NCBI GenBank assembly: GCA_964542225.1
Contig: CAZITO010000003.1
Coordinates: 9,332 to 73,331 of the forward strand
Direction: 5' to 3'
Source: an uncultured Bacteroidaceae bacterium
Lineage (GTDB): Bacteria > Bacteroidota > Bacteroidia > Bacteroidales > P3
DNA length: 64,000 nucleotides
Part shown: piece after piece, positions 57,676 through 64,000 of the stretch
Numbering within the stretch: the stretch's first letter is position 1
Layout: every line of letters starts with the position of its first letter
Program-made: the position numbers and the translations under genes
The notes under the pieces: generated by a model
Databases searched by the model: none
What the model saw: the letters and a program-made list of their open reading frames with translations, nothing else
What the model was told of the DNA's origin: nothing

Positions 57676-58953
57676 TTATCTTTTTAACCATATTGCCGGA
57701 TTCTGGCATTTTACACCCTTTCTTACTTGAAAATTAATTTCACTTTCACCATTTTCATTGGTTGCAATGGTACCTATTGTTTGCCCGGTGGAAACTTTTG
57801 AGCCGTCTGCAACCACAACTGAAGCCAAATTGGTATAAACAGTCATATATTCTCCATGTCTTATAATTACTATCTTGTTGCCATTAGGACCCGGAAAAAC
57901 CTTACAAACCTCTCCCTCAAAAACAGCCTTAACTCCCGCTCCCTTAGTTGTGCGTATATCTACCCCCAAGTTTTCTATTTCAACTCCTGCAATATCGGGG
58001 TGAGGATGCTTACCAAAACTACTTACGATTACCCCTTTACCGACAGGCCAAGGCAGTTTTCCTTTATTGCTTTCAAAACTCTGGCTCAAAGCCTCCTCCT
58101 TTGGAGTGGCTGCCATAACGTATGTTTTATTTTTTGCAGTCGCTTTTTCCGAAGATTCTTTCTTTTTATCTGTATTTGCACTTGCATTCTTGCGCTTATT
58201 TTCTGCAATTGCCGATTGTTTTTTCACCTCTGCGGCAATTGCTGCATTTATTTGATTCTGCAATTTCTTACGTTTAGCCTCTTTGTTTTTGAGTTCCTTT
58301 GCTAACTTGGATTCTTGTTGTTTTATGTTGTTAACTATTTTTTCTTGTTGCTGTTTTTCTTTGTTAAGAGTGGCTGCATTGACTTTTTCTTGTTTTAGAA
58401 GTTTTGATTGTTGTTGTTTCTGTGCTAAAAGCGCATCGGTCATAGAGGTAAGTTGTAAAGTTTTGTTTTCTATTTTGCTCATTTGCGCCCTTTGTAAAGA
58501 AGTATATTTCTTAAAAAATACATAGCGTTGGTAAGCCTCATGGTAGTCTTTGGCAGAAAAAATAAAAAGTAATCTGTCTAAGCCTGAACGATGTTTTTGA
58601 GCATAGCGAAGCATTTTTGCATAGTTTTGTTTTAATATTTCCAAATCATGATAGGAGTCCGTTATAGATTGTTGTGTGTTTTTTATCTGACTGTCTATCA
58701 TATTTATTTGAGTGGAAATATTTTTCACCAATTGCTGTCGCTGTTCTACTTTTTTTCTTATTATTTGTAATTCGGAGGAGGAGAGTTTCTTATTTTTTCT
58801 TGTCTCTTTCAATATGGCATTCATTGAGGCTATTTCTTTCTCTATTTTTGCTTTTTCTTTTTCCAAACTCTGTCTGTTTTGAGCATGAGAAACATTATTC
58901 ACACTCAAAAGACACAAAAATGCAAAACAGAAAAAATAAACGACCCCTCTCAT
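57676..58953 (-). CDS. Murein hydrolase activator / M23 peptidase with a long coiled coil (EnvC-like)
   Basis: 425 aa with a signal peptide, about 250 aa of Gln/Lys-rich coiled coil, and the C-terminal LytM/M23 block IRHGEYMTVYTNL...G..V..GQ.IG. Confidence 0.8.
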   Translation of the reverse strand: MRGVVYFFCFAFLCLLSVNNVSHAQNRQSLEKEKAKIEKEIASMNAILKETRKNKKLSSSELQIIRKKVEQRQQLVKNISTQINMIDSQIKNTQQSITDSYHDLEILKQNYAKMLRYAQKHRSGLDRLLFIFSAKDYHEAYQRYVFFKKYTSLQRAQMSKIENKTLQLTSMTDALLAQKQQQSKLLKQEKVNAATLNKEKQQQEKIVNNIKQQESKLAKELKNKEAKRKKLQNQINAAIAAEVKKQSAIAENKRKNASANTDKKKESSEKATAKNKTYVMAATPKEEALSQSFESNKGKLPWPVGKGVIVSSFGKHPHPDIAGVEIENLGVDIRTTKGAGVKAVFEGEVCKVFPGPNGNKIVIIRHGEYMTVYTNLASVVVADGSKVSTGQTIGTIATNENGESEINFQVRKGVKCQNPAIWLKR

Positions 58954-58958
58954 ACCCT

Positions 58959-60278
58959 CTATTCTCCCTGATAAAATGGATTATTAGGCTTACGCAATAT
59001 GGCTTGCATCGGCTCTTTTATTACATATTCTCCTCTTTTCCCCAATTTGAAAGGTTTTATCCAACCACCCATTGCTTCAAAAGAACCCGGCTCGCCCTCT
59101 TTTGCAGGATAGAAATAGTTGCCCATATCCTTCTCTTCTATTTTCTTACCCAAAAAAATGGTATCAAATTGAAAAGGAGTAATGAAACATTGCAAAGTTT
59201 GCTCTTTGGTTTCTTTATCTTTTATTTTCTTTGTGGAAATGGATTTATATACTACCTCTCCATTAGGTTTATAGGTTTTTCCATAAAATTTAAGCCCAGC
59301 CGATTGTTGTTGTGTCTCTATTGGGACATCTATTTGTATGGTTGCTTGTATGTTTTCCTTATCTACGCAAGAAGAATAGTCCGGTTTGCGTTCGGGTGAT
59401 ACCACAATGTAACCTGCATTTAAAATGTATTGTTTCTTGTGCGGAATAAGGAAATAGTTAGATGTGAGTTGCTCAAAAGACATAACCTCTCTATACATTA
59501 TAGGACATTTGTAGACTATCGTATCTTTTGTGTGATGTATGTAGTCAAGTGTTCCTTTGGGTATTTTAACGGTTGCGTAATTTGCCTGTAATACAGTGTC
59601 ATTCATAGGCCAATCATAGTCATAATATTCTCCCAAACAATCCTCCGGATCGTCCTCTATGATAATATGCACCTTGCCCACAAGCGAAATATTATTTTCC
59701 GTTCTTTCCTCCGTTGCTACATTATACAGGTTAATCCATTTGAAATCAAAAGGCATTTTGTACTTGATGTAGTATGGAACTTCTCCAACACAAAGTTGAT
59801 TATATGAACTTGGTGTGCGTTTTATAATGTATTCTGTTTCCTCTCTTGACGAAAAATACTTAAATATCATTACCGCTCTATCTCTTGCCAAAGAGGATGT
59901 TTGCTCACTGATAGGTTCGGCATCATCATAGCCTATTATTGTCATTTTATAAAAACGGTCATTATCTTTTGAAAATGTTATCAAATAAAGACTGTCCAAT
60001 GTGTTTAATCCTCCCTTTGTATAATAAGCGTTACCCTTATCAAAAGATATATAGGCTTCCACTCTTTTTGGAAATTTCAATTCTGCTTTGTTATCTTTTT
60101 GAGGTGATGAGGTACGCTTTTTCTTGGGTTGCTGTGGTAAAAATATTACATTATTCTCATCTATATAAGTGGGTGTTAAAACAACCTCGTTGCTATTTGC
60201 TTTTGTGCTTTTTGTATTCTGAGCAGATACACAAAAAACACCAAACAATATAAGAAGAAAAACATATACTCTATTCAT
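58959..60278 (-). CDS. Secreted hypothetical protein
   Basis: 439 aa with a signal peptide MNRVYVFLLILFGVFCVSAQ. It lies upstream of and is co-directional with the M23 gene. No motif recognised. Confidence 0.45.
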   Translation of the reverse strand: MNRVYVFLLILFGVFCVSAQNTKSTKANSNEVVLTPTYIDENNVIFLPQQPKKKRTSSPQKDNKAELKFPKRVEAYISFDKGNAYYTKGGLNTLDSLYLITFSKDNDRFYKMTIIGYDDAEPISEQTSSLARDRAVMIFKYFSSREETEYIIKRTPSSYNQLCVGEVPYYIKYKMPFDFKWINLYNVATEERTENNISLVGKVHIIIEDDPEDCLGEYYDYDWPMNDTVLQANYATVKIPKGTLDYIHHTKDTIVYKCPIMYREVMSFEQLTSNYFLIPHKKQYILNAGYIVVSPERKPDYSSCVDKENIQATIQIDVPIETQQQSAGLKFYGKTYKPNGEVVYKSISTKKIKDKETKEQTLQCFITPFQFDTIFLGKKIEEKDMGNYFYPAKEGEPGSFEAMGGWIKPFKLGKRGEYVIKEPMQAILRKPNNPFYQGE

Positions 60279-60400
60279 AATATCTATTTCCTATCTTTTT
60301 AATACTCTTTACAAAATTCTCTCTGACTATTAATCATTTTTGCAAAGGTAATATATTTTTTCGTTACTATCTTATTTCTAATGATGCCAAAACAAAAATT

Positions 60401-61363
60401 CTATCTTATTTCATCTATAAGCATATTGATAACATCGTCCGCTGTCAAACCCTCCGCTTGTGCCGTGTAGTTTAATATTATTCTGTGTCGCAAAACAGCT
60501 ATAGCCACTTCGTTAATATCCTCTATATCGGGCGAATATTTCCCTTTTAATGCCGCCGTACTCTTTGCTCCTATAATAAGATACTGTGAGGCTCTTGGAC
60601 CTGCTCCCCAAGAAAGATATTTATTTGCCAAAGTATTTTCTTTGTTGTTTAATCTTGTCTTTGAAGTCAGGCTGACGGCATAATTGTAAATATTATCATT
60701 CACAGGAATTTTTCTAATTATATCTTGTAAATTTATGATTTCCTCAGAGGAAAGAATTACGTTAAGTTGTGATGTCTTTGAGGTGGTTGTATTTTTTAGA
60801 ATATCCACTTCTTGTTTAAATGTAGGATAGTCCAAATTTAAATTAAACATAAATCTGTCCAATTGAGCCTCCGGTAAAGGATAAGTACCCTCCTGCTCTA
60901 TAGGGTTTTGTGTGGCAAGCACAAAAAAAGGTTTGTCTAATTGATAGGTCTTGCCCGCAACCGTAACGCAATGCTCTTGCATGGCTTCCAAAAGAGCGGA
61001 TTGAGTTTTAGGTGAAGTTCTGTTGATTTCGTCAGCCAAAACTATATTGGCAAAAACAGGGCCTTTTATAAATTGAAATTCTCTGTTAGAATCAAGTACT
61101 TGACTTCCCGTTATATCCGAAGGCATAAGGTCAGGGGTGAATTGTATTCTATTATAAGTTAGCCCAAGCACTTTGGCAATAGTATTGACCAAAAGAGTTT
61201 TTGCCAAGCCCGGAACTCCTACCAAAAGACAGTGTCCCGAAGAAAAAATGGTTGTTAATACCTTATTGACTATATCCTCTTGACCTATAATTACTTTTGC
61301 TATTTCTCTTTTTAAAGTGTCGCAACGTTCTATTAGTGTATTTAATTGTTCTACCTCAGACAT
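60401..61363 (-). CDS. MoxR-family AAA+ ATPase
   Basis: 320 aa with LLVGVPGLAKT (Walker A), VLADEINR (Walker B) and LLEAMQE...ATQNPIEQEGTYPLPEAQLDRF, the canonical MoxR blocks. Confidence 0.9.
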   Translation of the reverse strand: MSEVEQLNTLIERCDTLKREIAKVIIGQEDIVNKVLTTIFSSGHCLLVGVPGLAKTLLVNTIAKVLGLTYNRIQFTPDLMPSDITGSQVLDSNREFQFIKGPVFANIVLADEINRTSPKTQSALLEAMQEHCVTVAGKTYQLDKPFFVLATQNPIEQEGTYPLPEAQLDRFMFNLNLDYPTFKQEVDILKNTTTSKTSQLNVILSSEEIINLQDIIRKIPVNDNIYNYAVSLTSKTRLNNKENTLANKYLSWGAGPRASQYLIIGAKSTAALKGKYSPDIEDINEVAIAVLRHRIILNYTAQAEGLTADDVINMLIDEIR

Positions 61364-61372
61364 TGTATAATA

Positions 61373-62734
61373 CTACTTGTTTTTATTTGCTCCATTCAAC
61401 CAATCAACAGAAAAATTACAATCAATATATTTATTATCTATCCTTATGTATGTTTTTCCTATCAAATTTTCTGCCCATTTTCGCATAATGTTCATTTTCT
61501 TTTCCGAAAGTGCTATTTGTTGCACTCTGTCAAAATCATCTTCCAAGTTCACCACATGTTTTTCCACTTTTCTCTTTACTTTTATAAGTCTGTAAGCATC
61601 TGATAACTCGGCTTTAAATTCTACAGGAGCGGTTATATCACCTTGTTTCATGGATTGAAAATCTACTCTATCAACATTATCTATTGTCTCATTTATGGCA
61701 TCTTTGGAAAATCTTGATGAAGCGTTGTTTCGGTTTATTATTAATCCTCCGTTGATTTTACTTTCATCGTCCGAAAATTTTACAATAGCATCCTCAAAAG
61801 AAATACTTCCACTTTCTATCAAAGTTTTAACACTGTCCAAAAACATTTTGGCATTGTAAAGAGAAACAGAAGAAACCTTTGGTTGCAAAAGTATATGTCT
61901 ACAATTTACTTGGTCGCCTCTTCTTTCTATCATTTGCACTATATGAAAACCATATTTGGTTTCAAAAACGGGCGAAACCTCTCCGGGCTGCAAAGAAAAC
62001 GCCACATTTTCAAACTCTCCCACCATAGAGCCCCTTGTAAAGAATCCCAAATCTCCCCCCTTTCTTGCCGAAGCCTCATCGTCAGAATACAGAGTTGCAA
62101 GCGTGGTAAATTTATCACCCTTCAAAATTCTATCTCGGTAGGAATTCAGTCTTGTTTTCACAGCCTCCTTTTCCTCTTGGGAAACAACGGGTATCTTTAC
62201 TATTTGTGTAAGTTCATACTCTTCTTCTATTTCAGGCAGAGAATCTTTAGGTATTTTTTTATAAAAATCCGTTACCTCTTGTGGAGTGATTTTCACTGAC
62301 CCTGTAAGTGAATTTTGTTCTTGTTGTATAAGCATATTCTCTTTGATAACATCCCTGTATTGAGATTTAATTTCGGCAAGAGTTTTTTGCATTTGTTTTT
62401 CCAATCTTTCCTGAGAACCATATACTTGTATCATATACCTTATACGGTTGTCCATTTCTTGGTCTATCTCATTGTCGGCTATTTGCAAAGAGTCTATATC
62501 GGCTTGATGCAAAAGCAGTTTATTCAACAACATATTGTCCAACAAATCACATCTTGTTTGATTGGCTGTGTTTGAATTGGAGCGGGCTTGAATATAGGCT
62601 TGCTCCAATTCGGAATACTTTATCATATTTTTTCCTACTACAGCAATAACTTCATCCACAATCGTTTGTGCCGTTAGATTGGAAGTAAATAACAGCACAA
62701 ATACAGATATGATTAAACTAACTTTTTTTTTCAT
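61373..62734 (-). CDS. SurA-like periplasmic chaperone / parvulin-type peptidyl-prolyl isomerase
   Basis: 453 aa with a signal peptide, a SurA N-domain-like region and a PpiC block SDDEASARKGGDLGFFTRGSMVGEFENVAF...ETKYGFHIVQM. Confidence 0.8.
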   Translation of the reverse strand: MKKKVSLIISVFVLLFTSNLTAQTIVDEVIAVVGKNMIKYSELEQAYIQARSNSNTANQTRCDLLDNMLLNKLLLHQADIDSLQIADNEIDQEMDNRIRYMIQVYGSQERLEKQMQKTLAEIKSQYRDVIKENMLIQQEQNSLTGSVKITPQEVTDFYKKIPKDSLPEIEEEYELTQIVKIPVVSQEEKEAVKTRLNSYRDRILKGDKFTTLATLYSDDEASARKGGDLGFFTRGSMVGEFENVAFSLQPGEVSPVFETKYGFHIVQMIERRGDQVNCRHILLQPKVSSVSLYNAKMFLDSVKTLIESGSISFEDAIVKFSDDESKINGGLIINRNNASSRFSKDAINETIDNVDRVDFQSMKQGDITAPVEFKAELSDAYRLIKVKRKVEKHVVNLEDDFDRVQQIALSEKKMNIMRKWAENLIGKTYIRIDNKYIDCNFSVDWLNGANKNK

Positions 62735-64000
62735 TTATTTGATAGAATTAAAAACATCATAATAAACCTTATAAGCATATTTTTTCCTCAAATTCGTCAG
62801 CCACTGACTTTCCAAAAACTCTTGGTATTGAGAAGTTGCTACACCTCTACATTCATCCAAAGTTTTTGTTTGAGGCAAAAGAAATGATTTCAGCACCAAA
62901 ACATTGTTTTTGTTAGTCAATAGGGTCGTATCGGTTATTACAACATTCTTTTTGTTCAAATCCTTTGCTATTTCTGTATTCCATATCAGTTTATCTATAT
63001 TCTTATTTGCTCCTTTTTCATATCTTCCCCATGAGTAAGCAAAATATTTGTCTTGTTTTTCTGTTATGGAAAACTTTTTGCAAAGCAAATCTTTTATTTG
63101 GTCGTTGGTTTTATTCTTTTTGGTGGCTTTTGTTATCACCTTTGCAACTTTTTTCAAGTCTATGCTTTTGTCTATGTTCCAAGTGGTAACATCGGCTCTG
63201 TTTTGCCAAACATAACTTTCTTTGTTGTTTTGATAAAACTGCTCCAAGCCCAAAGTATCGGTCAAACTTCTATCCCAAACCTCTCTGTCTGTTATTGCAA
63301 AAATTAGAAGTCCATCCTTAAATTCCTGCATAATTTCGTTCAATTCCGGATATCTTTCCTCCAATTTGCTATCGGCATACTCAAAAACCTTTTTGTCTAC
63401 AATATTTTTATAAAATTTATCTAAAAACAAAGGCACGTATTCAGGTGTTTGCTTGTGTTGATAAACATATAATTCATCCAAAAAATCTTTTTGAGTAAAA
63501 GAAGTGTCGCCTATGGTAAAGACAACATTATCTCCTACGTAGTCCTCCGGCAATTGCCAAGTACCTTCAAATACGCTGTCTGTTACCAAAGGTTTGATTT
63601 GGTCAAAAACTTTTTTATCTTCCTTGAATTTATAGTATTCCTTACTTTGCTCAATGAAATTTTCTATTGATTTATAACTTCTTGCATCTTTACTTATGCG
63701 TTGAAGTATGGCTCCTCGCCTTTCTGTCAAAGGTTTAAGAGGATGAATGTTCATAAGTTTGAAAAAATGCCAACCGTATCGGGTTTGTATTATGGGACTT
63801 ATGTCTTCTTCTTTCATATCCTTAAGAAGTTCAATGTATTCCGCAGGCAGAGTATTTGGTTTTTGATACATAAGCCAACCGTTATTTTGAGCAGAGTATT
63901 GGTCTTCGGAATATTTGCGAGCCACAGAATCTATTTTCCACTCCTGTACATGAGAATAGGCTTCTTCTATAAGTTCTTTGGCTTCTTGTTCTGAATGATT
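62735..64000 (-). CDS. Parvulin-type peptidyl-prolyl isomerase domain protein, partial (continues beyond the right edge)
   Basis: The frame stays open upstream of the annotated GTG to the window end (...EQEAKELIEEAYSHVQEWKIDSVARKYSEDQYSAQNNGWL...TRYGWHFFKLM = PpiC motif). Its stop abuts the start of the downstream SurA-like gene. Confidence 0.7.
   Translation of the reverse strand, partial: NHSEQEAKELIEEAYSHVQEWKIDSVARKYSEDQYSAQNNGWLMYQKPNTLPAEYIELLKDMKEEDISPIIQTRYGWHFFKLMNIHPLKPLTERRGAILQRISKDARSYKSIENFIEQSKEYYKFKEDKKVFDQIKPLVTDSVFEGTWQLPEDYVGDNVVFTIGDTSFTQKDFLDELYVYQHKQTPEYVPLFLDKFYKNIVDKKVFEYADSKLEERYPELNEIMQEFKDGLLIFAITDREVWDRSLTDTLGLEQFYQNNKESYVWQNRADVTTWNIDKSIDLKKVAKVITKATKKNKTNDQIKDLLCKKFSITEKQDKYFAYSWGRYEKGANKNIDKLIWNTEIAKDLNKKNVVITDTTLLTNKNNVLVLKSFLLPQTKTLDECRGVATSQYQEFLESQWLTNLRKKYAYKVYYDVFNSIK

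Noticed and set aside
1-64000. Alternative genetic code (TGA, TAG or TAA reassigned) as the explanation for the many in-frame stops
   Set aside because: All three stop codons appear as interruptions. The same codons terminate well-conserved housekeeping genes at the expected length (for example prmA ends in TGA at 33271-33273 and tpiA in TAA). The tRNAs seen have ordinary anticodons.

Overview
Low-GC chromosome segment that looks Bacteroidota (Bacteroidales-like). The evidence is recurrent TAnnTTTG -7 promoter boxes, a T9SS C-terminal sorting domain, and ExbB/ExbD, RnfA, SurA-like and DsbD-type housekeeping genes. Positions 1 to about 22.7 kb form a mosaic defence/integration island. It holds a partial hsdS, decayed RhuM, OLD-nuclease and DUF234-ATPase genes, an intact DUF2971 gene, a tyrosine integrase with an in-frame stop, a DinD/RhuM-like fragment, a MotA-like pseudogene, a start-less XRE paralog and a degraded second integrase. 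Inside it is the main finding: an intact, tightly packed 8-gene minus-strand operon (20719 to 8423). Its genes are XRE HTH, a PAPS-reductase/4Fe-4S BrxP-like protein, a small reader-like protein, a DUF499-type BrxC/PglY ATPase, PglZ, a short BrxL-like ATPase, a GIY-YIG-like protein and a DGQHR (DndB-like) protein. This is a BREX type 4 core extended with Dnd-like, reader-like and nuclease-like accessory genes, and it has no methyltransferase. The flanking island genes are inactivated mostly by in-frame stop codons, while the operon is untouched. Positions 23.8-64 kb are housekeeping: DUF3737, exbB/exbD, CNNM/GldE-like, lspA, a dksA-like gene, a solitary rnfA, tpiA, prmA, rimM, rpsP, ldcA, a POT transporter, a decayed T9SS serine protease, a solitary mutA, radical SAM, manA, mutS, tRNA-Gly/Gly/Leu, OMP paralogs, a DnaQ-like exonuclease, dsbD, an M23 peptidase, moxR and two parvulin PPIases. 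Other observations are a dispersed intergenic repeat family, a nested inverted-repeat structure around a strong promoter at 37.1-37.8 kb, and a 37-bp direct repeat 73 bp apart that frameshifts the protease away from its secretion tag. All calls come from reading the sequence and ORF translations and from remembered family motifs. No database search was run.
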